Shown here: piece after piece, positions 25,174 to 38,432 of the stretch
Layout of the letters: each line of letters opens with the position of its first letter
How positions within the stretch are numbered: the stretch's first letter is position 1
DNA from: Oikopleura dioica
Taxonomy: Eukaryota > Animalia > Chordata
Direction of reading: 5' to 3'
DNA length: 64,000 nucleotides
Assembly (NCBI GenBank): GCA_907165135.1
Contig: OU015569.1
Span: forward strand, 5,952,001 to 6,016,000
The notes under the pieces: model-generated
Database searches by the model: none
What the model saw: the letters and a program-made list of their open reading frames with translations, nothing else
Told to the model about the DNA's origin: nothing
Program-made: the position numbers and the translations under genes

Positions 25174-25689
25174 ATGGACAAAAGGAACGAGTGCGTTTCC
25201 GATTCTGAACTCGACAATTTTGAAGACGGTGAGAACATGATGGGCGAAATTTACACTTTCATTGAAAGATTTAGACGGTGAGGACTACCCGATTCCAAGG
25301 CCGAGACGGAGCAAGTCTGTTGATTTTTCACCCATCGTTCGAGTTGAAGAAGTCTCACGTTATAAAGTACAGTATTTAGAAATGCGAGCGCAGGAGCTGA
25401 GACATGATTTATTGTCTACATCTGTTCAGCCTAATTGCAATTTTCTTAGCAACGAGCCTCCAAATGCAAATATGGAAATATGTCGGAAATTCAAAAGGTT
25501 TCGCACGACGATAATAATTTCGATAAACGTAGTTTGAAGCTCGCCATCCGGCTGGAACTGAACGAGTTCAAGCTCAAGGAAATGAAAGTGCACGATCAAA
25601 GCCGCTCAAATACCCTCTTCTACGACATTGGAAAGTACCACACTCGTCTGCGCGATCATTTCTCGCCCAAAAAGTCCTTTCTCAAATAA
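25174..25689 (+). CDS. Small protein consisting of a Phactr-type C-terminal PP1-binding domain, 3 exons
   Basis: KSVDFSPIVRVEEVSRYK|QRASK...KLAIRLELNEFKLKEMKVHDQSRSNTLFY resembles the Phactr tail [29 protein letters not shown]. Both GT-AG introns keep the frame. Confidence 0.8.
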
Positions 25690-26232
25690 TCCTCATTTGC
25701 CGCGTTCATTTTTGAGAGCAGTAATTGACTTTCAAATGAATCAAGAAGCTTTTCTTCTTTATAACTTTCATCAATAAATAAAATTAGGAATATTCAACTA
25801 ACAAAGTCCCATTTGAACTTGTCCTTCGAAACAAGGTGAATCAATGTGAGAAGAAATTTCCACGTAAAGAAATGAAATTTTTGGAAATTGATCGATTCGT
25901 CGTGCTTCGCAGTGGAATAATTGCTACATGAAAACGCGGTAATAAAAACATATGCTGAATTTGCAAGCGTTGAGCTTTTTAATTTGTTCATTTCTTCTGA
26001 GACAAGTTTAAAAGGTCTTTTCTGAACTAGCAGACGAAATGCCTCGCTAAACGAAATCACGAAAGAATAAACCAAAAGAGCCAAATTGACGCGAATCCCT
26101 TAACTAAATCTAAATATTTTGACAAAGTTAGATCAAACCGATTTACCTTCTCGGTTTATAATAACTAGACTATATAATGAAGTGGATCTGCTTATTCATA
26201 GCATATTCCATCTTCTACGGAATATCTTCAAG

Positions 26233-26830
26233 ATGAAGAAGGGCCTCTTTTCAGGAGTTCCACTCACGCATGGTGGCTTAGAGATTTTTAATTATTTTGA
26301 ACTCGGTTGTTATTTTAGAACGCGTGTGAATGCTTATTGAAGGAAATATCTGATCTGGCGGTGGAGAAGTGTTCCTGTCAGCAGGAGCGCGCTCATTGCA
26401 CAACGTGCGAGCTCAAGTGCACAGAAAATAAATGCGCGCCGGAGCTGGATACTTCCGTGCTTGTCCTCTTCGACTCGCTGGAAAAAGGAGCTGTCCGCTT
26501 TGGCGCCAGCGTTTTCAAATATTTATCGGAATAGGCGAGCTTCTCTAATTGAGATTAATACACTTCAAAGGAGGACAATAAATCAATTGCGTTAACGAAA
26601 AGCGATCCGCTCGAAACGGCTGCATTGACAGTCACGGTCAAAACAAAATGCCAGGACGACATAATCCAATTGTCCTCCGATAAGATACGCAGGACAAGTC
26701 TAGCCTAGCGACTTCGACACAGAGCCGCCGCAGTCACTTTTGGCGTTAGAGGCAGGGATCCTGCTTGACCCTGACACTGGAGCATTCCCTGACGTTTGGT
26801 GCATTTTATGACAAAGTCGTTTATTCGAAT
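26233..26830 (+). CDS. Hypothetical cysteine-rich protein
   Basis: Exon NACECLLKEISDLAVEKCSCQQERAHCTTCELKCTENKC... followed by further exon-like blocks. Structure uncertain. Confidence 0.35.
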
Positions 26831-27210
26831 CGTCGTTATTGCGAATTTAAGGGTGAAGTCAGTTTGACAGAAGTGCTCAGTTCATTACTTGTTTTTGGGT
26901 ATCATCGGCCCAAAACACTAATGAAAAAGATCTTTTTCTAAAGATTTCTCTCTCTTTTAAAATGTTTTCCCAGTCTCGAAAATGTTTGTGGAAAATTTTC
27001 CTAGTGAAGGAGGCGCAAACGTGAACTCGTTAGACCGCAGCGATCGGCAACTCAATAATTCTCAGCACGAAGCAACCTTATTCATACAGAGACCTACTGC
27101 TAGATAAATAAGGAACTGACTTATAAAAATTTCCAAAGCGACTTCTAATCTTGTTTTTACAGTATAGATCACTATAAATCTATCATATCGGATGTACTTA
27201 ATCGCTTTAA

Positions 27211-27593
27211 GGGGGGGGGGGGGGTCGACGAGAATTTTTTCAGAGGTGATCGTAATTTCGCGTATACACATGGTCTGTGTATGAATCTTATATTTTTGGA
27301 ATCCTCAGATCCTCCTGAATCTGTTGACCCTAAAATCATTCGATAAAAATAAGATTTAGGGGGTGAAATTAAGAAAAATGTAAAAAAATGACTATTTTTG
27401 GTGCATTTTCGCGAAAATGCCCCTACTTTGACGGCATTTTTGACCGATTTTTTCTGGCCAAAATTTTTTCTACTTCTCGCCGGTTAATTTTTTCAACCCT
27501 TTTCTTTTTGCCAGTAAATTCAGATTTTGCCTATCTGATCAGGTTTTCCCGCATTTTTGGTCACGGAAATCCCGATTCTCGTCGACCCCCTCC
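27211..27593. mobile_element. MITE with TTAA TSD, Kolobok-like
   Basis: TTAA|GGG...GGGGTCGACGAGAAT ... ATTCTCGTCGACCCCCTCC|TTAA. Purine-starting termini with a TTAA TSD fit Kolobok rather than piggyBac, whose ends start CC. Confidence 0.8.
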
Positions 27594-27965
27594 TTAAGCG
27601 TATTAATAAGTCCCAATATACTTTTTACTTGATAAAAAGTGCCTGGTACTTCCAAAATAACAAGTTCATTGACAATGTTTTTCGTCATTTACGATAAATC
27701 AATCGAGTTCCATATCTTTAGCGATGGCAAACGAGCATAAGATGAGTTGAGATGCCCTTGAAATGATTACGTACGAGAAAATAAATATACGAAACCGAAC
27801 ACTCCCCCGCAATATTACTAATATTATATAATTGGTAATTCAGTTTCACCTGCGATTTAGCGAAAATGCAATTTCTTAAGAAATAGACGTTCCTGTCATT
27901 CCACTTGGCGCTTCGATTAGAGCCGCTGGTGGTGGTGGAGGTGGCGCGCTCTCCCACCTCGATCA

Positions 27966-27972
27966 TATAAAA
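27966..27972 (+). promoter_or_regulatory. TATA box of the secreted-protein gene
   Basis: TATAAAA 80 bp upstream of the ATG at 28046. Confidence 0.5.
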
Positions 27973-28045
27973 ATGCTCGTCCCTCTGGAAAAGGCAACCT
28001 GCTAGATACACAGCAGCAAAAGAAAAAAAACAGCCTTTTGAGAAA

Positions 28046-28603
28046 ATGAAAGTTTTTGCCTTCACCGCCCTTGCCGTTATGGCCCAAGATGAAGTCGACC
28101 GAAAGGTTCCCCCACGAACCCCAAGCGACCGAATCGCCCAGCTCAAGCGACATGTTGGTCGATTGATGGTTGATCACTTTCCTGAATGTGCCAAGGTGAG
28201 ATAGACTAACTAGAAACTTTGGCTTAACTCTTTCTGCTAGAACTCCGTCTGGGAAGAAAAACTCACCAAGGTCTTGAGCCGAGCTGAGTCTGCTTTCGAG
28301 CGATCTTGCGGATTCTTTGACCCCGATCTTCCACACGGTGGTCCATCCCCAGCTCGACGACGACGACAAGCTGACGATGATGAGGTGCGATACTCTGAGA
28401 CCGACGCTATCGCCTCCATCAATGGTAACTTATCTTCATAGTGGCACTTTCAGAGGCAATCTTTAGGCATCACCGGAGGCATCCGAAAGTTTGCTGAACG
28501 ATACATCTCCGAGTGTGGCGGCCAGAAAGCCAACAAGCACATCGTCAACCATGCCAACAAGTGGCGAGCCAAGTTGACCAGCAAGTTCGAGAATGGTTGC
28601 TAA
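28046..28603 (+). CDS. Small secreted protein (KVPPR...CGFFD...PHGGP type), 3 exons; not in the supplied ORF track
   Basis: MKVFAFTALAVMAQDEVDRKVPPRTP...FPECAK|NSVWEEK...SCGFFDPDLPHGGPSPARRRRQADDDEVRY...|ITGGIRKFAERYISECGGQK...ENGC*. Signal peptide, GT-AG introns, AATAAA downstream. Confidence 0.88.
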
Positions 28604-30325
28604 ATCACAGCTGTATAAATAAAAATTTCCGACCCTGCGTCATCACGGTTCCAAATAAATATAATTACTAAAAAATCAATTTTGTTTTTGTCTCACCTCA
28701 CGCAATACCAACGCATCAAGTTCCGCATAAGCTCGAAATTCTCACTGATCCATAAAATATTGACAATATTTCTGGAGAGAATAGAATGGAAGCAGAGCAC
28801 TGCCTTAACTATACTAATATGTAAGAGGAACTCGCAGAATAATGATTAACGAGTTTTAGTGGATACGCCTGTGACTGTATTCTGGAGCTCTTTGACGAGC
28901 TAGAAAACAGCGATCTAAACGCGAAACACACTCTATCAGCGACAGAAGAAATAACGCAGCTGGATGGAGGCTTACCCCGCGATTGTGAGTTCTTTCATGA
29001 ACGGATCAAACATTTTGAATTAATTTTATGAGTAAACACATTTCATCCTACAAGGCTTTATGCTGCCAAAAAGAAGAAGAGAGGACGAAAAGACAGGGAT
29101 TGAAGCTCAGTGTGATTGAAGAGTATATGATGGAAATTTCAGTTAATTATAGGTTCACGTTATTCCTGTGTTTCGCATATGAAGGCGCTTCTATAGTTAG
29201 AAGTCGCGATTTTCCTTTTTCTTCTTCTTGAAGCTAGACATAGACTAACAGTCACTACCGAGTCGGTAGTACCGACTGACAGTGACAGGGGAAATTTCCG
29301 AGACAATTGGGTTAAAATTAACTTTACATGATTTTTCGTTCAAAACCTGCAAAAGAATCATTCCTTACAATGGCCCCCAATACGTCATACTCCTCATCGG
29401 ATTTTCAGGCTCGATACTAGCAAGACAAGTGGACTGCGATAAATTTAGCGTTTAGACTAATTAAAACTTCTTTATAGAAATATTTTAAACGCAATAAAAG
29501 CGTTTTCTGTATAGTTCTGTCGACGGTCATTTCCTCCATAAGAGTGAGCAAATTTTGATAGACCTATTTCATATTTTTAAAGAAGCGGCGAAATAAAAGA
29601 AAACTGGAGGCAGCGATGGAAAACCGAGGCGAGAACAGTACGTATGAACTCGGGTGAACCAAACACAATCAAATTAGAAGACGCTCTTGCTGTGAATTAA
29701 TTCTGTGTAGCCTTGCTTATTACGCTTCCTTGACATTGCCACGTATTTGATTACAGCTTCTATGTTCAAAATACTTTTAGGCAACAGACCCCGACTATCA
29801 GAAGTCGCCATGCGCTTCGACCGATCCTTCGATGAAAACGTCCAATACGGAAATAGCCAACTCACTGCCGAGAATTAGGCAAGAACTGGAGGCTTATGCA
29901 AATCTTTATCACCACCTTAGATGGATTACAAGCGCCTAAAACTCATTTTCTTTCCACTGCATATGTATCCTCGTTGTAAGTAATGATTCGGAAACTGTAC
30001 TTTTATTTCTTTGTGAGATTTATTGAATAAAAAGGGTTCAGCAGTGTAACCGTCAACTTAAGTAGAAGAAAGTAAAGGAACAAAATTATGGTAGTCTCGA
30101 AATGGGAGAGTTAAATTGGACGGATATTCTAGGCAGTATATACAGTCGGATAGAAAGAAAAGTTCCGAACGAGATCTTGAATTTGAAGAGAATTAAGTCG
30201 GAGGCTTTTCTATCAACATTTCATTGGACATTTTGTTCTTGTACATGAAAAAATTAAAGAACAGAAGAATTAATGAATACAAGAAACACAAGTTGACGCT
30301 ATCAAGAGGGCTGAGGTTAAAAGCA

Positions 30326-31080
30326 TCACATGCCTTGCCTGACGATCTTTTCACCTTCCAGCTGGCACTCACGGACGAGTTGTCTTGCGTGTTGAAGGCC
30401 ACGCTTGAGCCGTTCTTGCGCACTAGAATTTAAATTTAATGAGCAGCATAGTCCACTTATAGCGCGACGATGAAATAAAGTCAAATCAATTCGCAACGGT
30501 AACCGAGTTTCTCGCCCGTCACTCCGGATTTCGGAGCCGTGTAAAACATCGAACCAGATAGAGTTAACACTGACAAAATCGCAGTTTATATTATTTCTGC
30601 AATTTACCTCTTGCTGCCCGCGTAAGTCGGCCTGACGTCTTTGCCGAGCTCGTCAATGACTCCAACGAGATCCTCGAATTTTTCAGTCATGCGCGGTTGA
30701 TCGATCATCTTTGCCGTTCGCGGCTGCTTTTGCGCCGGTCTTGAGTAAGGCGCATTGCTTTGCTGCTTCGACTGACGCTTAATTCAATTCAATTTTATGC
30801 TACTTGTGGACCATTTTCTTACATATGAAGGGGGTGGGTTGCTCAATGCTTTCATTCGCTCTTTGTAAGTCGGCTTCGTTTCGGCCATTGCTCGGTAGTT
30901 AGCTGCAGCCTGTGCGGCGGCAACTTGCTTTCCGAGCATTTCCAACTTCTTTTGTATTTCTTCGTTCTGAAAACTTTCATAAAAAAGGACTTTAACTTAG
31001 GACTCTACCGTTTGTCGTTGAGCAACTTCCAGGAGCTTCGCCTGCGCTGCTATAATGTCTGGCGGGTTGTTTCGGCTCAT
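30326..31080 (-). CDS. CDK2AP1: CDK2-associated protein 1/2 (DOC-1, NuRD subunit)
   Basis: LVGVIDELGKDVRPTYAGSK|SAQERLKRGLQHARQLVRECQLE matches the CDK2AP domain. Confidence 0.92.
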
Positions 31081-31301
31081 TCTTAATTTGTCATTTTCAA
31101 CTCAATTTTAAATATGTTTAGTGTTACAATATATACAGATTTTTTTCTGAAGGAACTGGCAGGGATGTGAGAGTTATTATTTGATGAACGTTGTTTCAGT
31201 GAAAATCGGCAGGGATATAGTGAGTGAATAACTTCTGCGCAAGTCAAAATGAGTGAAATTCTAAAGTATAACAACATGAACACGATGTTCGTTGCGAATA
31301 T

Positions 31302-33026
31302 TTAAGTTGCTTCAGGGATTTCGTCCAGGGAGGGGAGAAGATCGTCTATAATTGGAGGGCCTTCCAGAGAGCCTTCTTTATTTTCAATCACTGTGGGCAG
31401 ATCTTGCTCCATGGCGGAAGAAGCATCATTCTCTTGCGATTCTCCTCCGTTAATTCCCAGATTAGAAAGGCTTTCTTCAAGAGGGCTCGGAGCCTCTGTT
31501 ATTCCTGTAGTCCCTCGTTGCAACCCAGGAATTGATACCGACGGATCCTCATTAAAGTCAGCCTCTTTTTCATACTCGTACTCGGGTTCGGAGTCTATAT
31601 CAAAGATACCGTCCCATTCGTGGATCATTTCCACCATCAGCTCTTCGTAGAATTCGCATACAAGCTGAAATAACACGTAATTGAGTGTCATGAACATTTT
31701 TTTACCTTCGGACAGTTTTTGCGGCAGTCTTCGCTTTTTACGAAATCAATTATCTTGCTATCTTTCCACTCGATTGCAAAGTAAACTGAATAGAAGATGC
31801 TTATTAAAATTGTTTTTCTTTTACAGTAGTTTCTAGTGCCTCTCGAGACGCTAAGATAATTCTTACTTTGGCCGTCGTTGTCTGCAACGCATTCGTGAAT
31901 TTTGACAGCTTCAAAGCCGCGATTAAAGCCGACTTTCTCTAGATCAGCCCAGGGATCGTCTTCTTTCTTTTCGTCACCGACGACCTCTTCATCCTCCTCT
32001 TTCGCCGCCTTCTTTTTCTCATTCGTCTCAGCGATTTGATCAGTCTGGGGTCCGTCTTGGCTTTCGTCATCTGAATTCTGAATGTGCATCGCTTCAAGTG
32101 CTTCATCTTCCCACGGTTTCTCCCATTTGATATCTGGGTGCGCCGGATCTATCAGCGGCGCTTTTTTCGTCTGACGCTCTTTCTTGAGAAAGTTCGGATC
32201 GACAGATTCTTCATCCTCCACTTTCTCTTCATTCTCATCGGCTGCTTCTGGCTCATCATTTGCTTCGTCGACATCGTCGTCTTCGAAAGCCAATTGTTCC
32301 AATTTTCCAGGGTTCGAACGTCTGTACTCAGCAACCAAAAGTTGTCCAGGTGTGTCCTGTGGATCTGGTCTTTCTTCAGCGAGCTCTCCCTTCCTTGAAT
32401 CAACGAAATTCGATTCTACTCTTTGTGAAGGTTCAATCATTGAAATAGAGGCAAGTATTATTTCCTGATTTCTGAATATTGAATCAATCGGAAATGAAGA
32501 ACCCCGGCTAAATATCATTTCGGCTTGGAGAGCTTCTTCGGCCGTCTCCTCTCGTTTCCGCTTTAGTCCAACAATCCGTATCGGAGGAATCTTTGGCTCA
32601 TGGCTTGGTTTTTCTTCCTCTACATTTTCCAGAGGCTCCTGTGGTTTATCTTTGTCTTTATTTCGCCTCGAGCTTTTCCGACGTTTTTCTTTCGCACTAT
32701 CTCTCGATTTTTTTCTATTCCTGGACTTTTTCTCCTTTTGTAATTTTATATCAGCGGCATGCTTTTCCTCGAATTCTCTGATTCTATCCGCGCAGTCTAG
32801 GAAGTTAGATTTGAAAAATCTTGCCAGAACCGAAAAAAATTACCTAGATTCTCTTCTGGCTCCCATGTATTCTGCTCATCGTCGTAGCCGGCCCATTTTA
32901 TCAAATACTCGATACCGCCCTGAATAAACGCTAGAACTCCCGAACACTTCCTTCGACACTCACTTGTCGTTTACGTTTGCCGAGGATCTTCTCGACTTCG
33001 AACTCCTCTTCTGATGCCACACTCAT
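31302..33026 (-). CDS. HP1-like protein (chromodomain plus chromoshadow) with long acidic hinge and C-terminal tail
   Basis: [12 protein letters not shown]...[22 protein letters not shown]|DC is the chromodomain; [11 protein letters not shown]...FAIEWKDS...CPK|LVCEFYEE is the chromoshadow domain. Confidence 0.92.
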
Positions 33027-33221
33027 CTAAATCCGCTGCGAATAAATAGACAATTGAACAAAACGCGGTTTTTTGTACAATACTGTATCTTTATTATTTT
33101 GTCATTATAAAGGCAGTTTGAAATCTATTGGAAAAAGATATAGAACAGATGCTGTTGAAAAAAGGTAAATGGTAGTGGGACGATAGCTCAGACATTTGAG
33201 CATCGGTAGAATTTTGCGAGA

Positions 33222-34649
33222 TCAGAATTCGCAGTCGAGGCTGAACTGGTTCTCGACGGAGTCAGGATCGGCGTCCAAGTGGGCCATGACGCCAGCGCGG
33301 GCGTACTCGGATACTTTCTTCTCGAAGAAGTTGGTTTTGCCCTCCAACGAAATCATCTCCATGAAGTCGAAAGGATTTTCGACCTTGTAAATCTAAATAA
33401 AAAGCAGGTCATCAGCTGTTCCCACTAAACAACGATGGTGTTTTTGGAGCCATCAACAGAAAGCGAGTTATTATGCCCTTCAAAAACACGAATCGAGATT
33501 ATTTACCTTTGGGCAGTCGAGCTCGACGAGGAGGCGGTCGGCCACAAATTCGATGTAGGTCTTCATTAAGTCGCAGTTCATGCCAATCAGGCGAACTGGA
33601 AGTGCGTCTACGAGGAACTCCTGCTCGATGCTGACGGCGTCGCGGATGATGGCGATGATCTGCTCTTGGGAGGGCTTTTGAACGAGGTGCTTGAACATAA
33701 GACAGGCGAAGTCAGTGTGCAGACCTAAAACAGCTTGAGAATCGCTTCGATGAAAAATACTCTTACCTTCGTCGCGGGAGATGAGCTCATTGGAGAAGGT
33801 GACTCCAGGCATAAGGCCTCGCTTCTTGAGCCAGAAAATCGCAGCGAAGGAACCGGAGAAAAAGATGCCCTCGACAGCGGCGAATGCGATGACACGGATG
33901 GAGTAGGGGGCATCGGCTCCAATCCACTTCAAAGCCCAGTCAGCCTTCTTCTTGATGGCAGGCATCGTCTCGATCGCGTTGAAAAGACCCATCTTTTCTT
34001 TTGTGTCCGTGACCAAGTTTTCAATCAGCTTGGCGTACATTTCTGAGTGGATGTTCTCCATCATTATCTAGTTAGCGAGTGTCAGAGAGTTTAAACTGTT
34101 ATTCAGAAGTACCTGGAAGCCATAGAAAGCCCGGGCCTCGGGGATTTGGACTTCGGACATGAACCTGTCGACAAGGTTTTCGTTGACGATTCCGTCGCTG
34201 GCGGCGAAGAAGGCGAGCACGTGCTTGATGAAATACTGCTCTTCTTTTTTGAGTTTTCGCCAGTCATCCATGTCGCGGCCAAGGTCGACTTCCTCCGTCG
34301 TCCAGAAAGATGCCAGTGCTTTTTTGTACATCCGCCAGATATCTGAATTTATCGATCGCCATCGCGCTCAAAAACGAATGTACTCACCGTGATATTCGAT
34401 AGGGAAAATGACGAATCGTGAGGCGTTTTCCTTGAGAAGCGGCTCCATTTGAGGGTCGAAGGAAGCCAAATCGTCGACCAAAACGGGCTGTTGCTGCTGT
34501 TTGTCGAGGGCAAGGCCAGTAGAACCAGTCTTGGGTTGATCCATCGACTTGGCGATGTCGACCTTGGCGAAGGAAGAAGTCATCTTCGTCAAATCGTTCT
34601 TGGTCAGCTCACCAAAGGGTTGGGAGTTCTCCTTCTCGACTGGCGGCAT
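33222..34649 (-). CDS. RRM2: Ribonucleotide reductase small subunit
   Basis: [61 protein letters not shown]|[16 protein letters not shown]...FSLDCEF*. Confidence 0.98.
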
Positions 34650-34794
34650 GGTTGCTTGAGTTAGACAGCTGGAAGTTGCGTCGAAAAAAGTAGAAAAGAG
34701 TCTTATCTATACGCGGACCTTTATTGATCTGATCTGTTTTTGACTCTCGGCTCAAAATGAAAACTTTTCGTCTCGGGGATCTAGAAACGATCGC

Positions 34795-34880
34795 CCTCCT
34801 GGGCAGGAGCGCGCGCGGCGCAAATCTTCCGCGCGCGAGCGCCGTCCTCGTTCCTGATTGGACGCCGCGCGCGCGACAAC
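34795..34880 (-). promoter_or_regulatory. GC-rich E2F-like/CCAAT promoter upstream of RRM2
   Basis: Clustered GCGCGC tracts (minus strand TTTGCGCCGCGC, TTGTCGCGC) and a CCAAT box 150-230 bp upstream of the ATG. Confidence 0.5.
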
Positions 34881-36928
34881 GAATTCGAATATTCCAGATT
34901 CTTTGTTGCGCAAAAATGGTAATAACTCCGCAATACCCGGTAATGTCCGTCATTTTTTTGGCTAGCAAAGTTATAAGATGCTGCTTCATCAGCTGCTATT
35001 GACCTTTGTAACGGATTTTACAATTTGACCATCTCTTTTTTGGAGTCTTCTTGTCATTCAACTTGCTGGATGGAATCCAAGCTCAACTCTTACCGTATAT
35101 TCTTCTGACACAAGTGCACAATCAGTATACACCCTCACCAAAGCTTCCCCTTGACGTCTTCCATGGTGCCTGCAAGTATTGAAATACGAAGATCTACTCG
35201 TCCAGAAAGGGCCTTACGGTAAGGCCCTTACCAACAGCTCTAGACTCTAGAGTCTAGACAAACCTCTCAAGGGATGATTTTCCCACGATCTTGGTGGGAA
35301 AAAGTCTATTGACAGATTGTTCTATTATACAAGAATACATCCCTCCCTAAAGCTTCAAGATCGAAAATGCAATTTACTAAGACTTGAATATCCGATTACG
35401 TAGTACCCGAGATAACTCAACTTCATCAGCTCCTCAAATTGCCTGGATTCTATGACTTAGATTCTAAGCCTTAGAATGAACCCTGCTGAAATGCTTTTCT
35501 TGCCCTGCATAAATGAACATATCACCAAAGGCTTCTTCCAAATAAGTCATAAAATCATTTTTATAAGAAAGAGTCTTTTCGAACCGATGATCAAATGTAT
35601 TGAAAATACTATTGTCGATCACATGTTAACGGAGAAACAAAAGCAGCTGCAAACACGAATAATTATTTAACAATTGATAAAAAAGAAGAGAAACGGAGAA
35701 AACCTCTCGAAACGCGTACGGGGGCTCTTTGTTCAAGGGAAGGTTTTGTTGTTGTAAGTGTAGTTGTATCAATTTATCATCTGTTTCAGAAGGAAAGGTA
35801 GAAATGAGATTAAAATAGCTGGTAATGCCACCGTGTTTGTGGTTCAATTTTATTTGTATTTTTTGGAATTTTCTCGGCTTGAAAGAGATGTACGTGAAGA
35901 GGGTTACGAAAGATGGATGGGTTGAACTTGGGGCTTTACAGGGCGATACAATACGGGAGAGCGCCCGCGCACGGTGGAAAATAAGAAGAGTGCGAAAGCA
36001 AACGCCCCCGTAAAAGAAAAAATCACAAGTACACGCCTTTTTAGAATAAAAAAGTTAACGCTCTCTATGTATTCAACGGCTTCATGAGACGCCAGAGTCG
36101 CGAAATGAAGGGGCGCAAGTCTGGGACCTGATAATGAAGTGGCCAGGCTGGGTAGTGCTTGTAAACTACAGTAAGAAGCGATAGCAGCATTTATCCGTGA
36201 ACCAGCGACCCCTGGCAGAAATACATGCAAGGGCTGAAAACATAGAAGAGTATAGAAGCCAGTGTCCTGATTCTGATATAATCAAGGAGAAATAAATTTA
36301 CGTTTGATTACCATTTTCCTGGGCGACTAGCTCATAGAAATTGAAAAATGAAAATGGTGACGGGGCGGGAACAGGGCAAAATAGAGGAAATAAATTGGAT
36401 ATCTTTATTTGGATGATCGTGAATTTCATTTCATGCGTTTTTTTTAATTGAATTTACGGTTATTTGCTTAACGGTTCGATTGGATTAGAAGAATTTGAAC
36501 TTTTTTTTAACCTGACTAGGGCACTGGAGTGGAATAGAGTGTGCCTGAATCTGGCAAGGCCCAAGGATAACGGGCTGAAGTGCGGGACGAGTACACCAGC
36601 GCGAAGGTGTAATAGTGAAAAGAAAAAAAAACAACATAGTAATATAGACTTACAGGAAAAAGAATTTAAGTTAGATTGAAGGTCCCTAAGACATGTATCC
36701 GAATAAATTAAGAATTAGACGGCGTTCGGCGGTGGGGTTGATTCGGCCCCGCAACTGAACGCGCTGTTCACAGGTAATTTTTTTTCATTGTTGATAAATT
36801 TGAGATTTAAAATACTTAGAATTTGAAGAGCTATAATTTGACATTGGTTGAAATTGTAACTAGAGGGTCAATTCTTTAATGAAATTGATGCGTCTCTTCT
36901 CACATAGAACAAGAAGCGGGGCATTGTC

Positions 36929-37655
<727 letters not shown>

Positions 37656-37955
37656 TTGACGAGCTGCTTTTGTTTTTGAAGAGGTTCGTTTAGACCACTG
37701 GCCACCGGTTGATTACGACTCAAACAGAAACAAGCACTTCACGAGAGTGACGCCTGCGCGTGTTGATTCTAAACGCGAAACGACGGTTAGAGCACAATCA
37801 ACCTGTGAAAAACTGATCAAAAGTTTCCTCGAAAACAGGTTTTTGTTGCGCAGTATTTTTTAGAACCCAGCACGATTTTTATTGATCCAATCAACATGAC
37901 GAAAGGATTTAGGGTCAATTCATCATTCGTTCTCAATCAGCGGGCGCTAGTTCGT

Positions 37956-38432
37956 TTACTTCTTTCTTCGCAACTTGCCGAGCTCAGCCTTGACGATTCG
38001 GTTGCGGGCCTGCTTCAATCGCATGAGCTTGAATCGGTCGAAGTCGGTCAAGTTAGCTCGGATGTTCTTTCGGGCAATTCCCTTGGCCAAGTCAGTCTCG
38101 GCGAACTTGTTGGCGATATCGGCGGCGGCGAAAGCCTGAAAAGAATCAATTATCGGAAAAGAGAAAAAGAACGCTTACCTTCTTGACAGTGCCGGGTCGG
38201 GCGCCAACGTTGATCTTGACGGAAAGGTCGGTGATTTGGATGGCCTTGACAGAGACGGTGTATCGGTTGAGGTTTCCGTCGTCGACGAGAAGTCTAAAGT
38301 GAAAAGTCAGAAATGCCGGCTTTATAAACCTATTCACCGGTTGAGGTCGATAACGTTGGTGATGGCGCAGGCCTTCTTGAGGGATGGGACGTAGACGACA
38401 CCGCCGATCTGGACGAATTCAGTGAAGACCAT
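37956..38432 (-). CDS. RPL14: 60S ribosomal protein L14 (eL14), 3 exons
   Basis: MVFTEFVQIGGVVYV...ITNVIDLNR|LLVD...RANLTDFDRFKLMRLKQARNRIV. Confidence 0.93.

Noticed and set aside
24797-29290. Shared GACTGACAGT(C/G)AC motif at ~24810 and ~29270
   Set aside because: Too short and degenerate to define an element without a genome search.
35278-35302. Su(H) paired site (SPS)
   Set aside because: Orientation and ~7-bp spacing do not match the head-to-head 15-17 bp SPS geometry.
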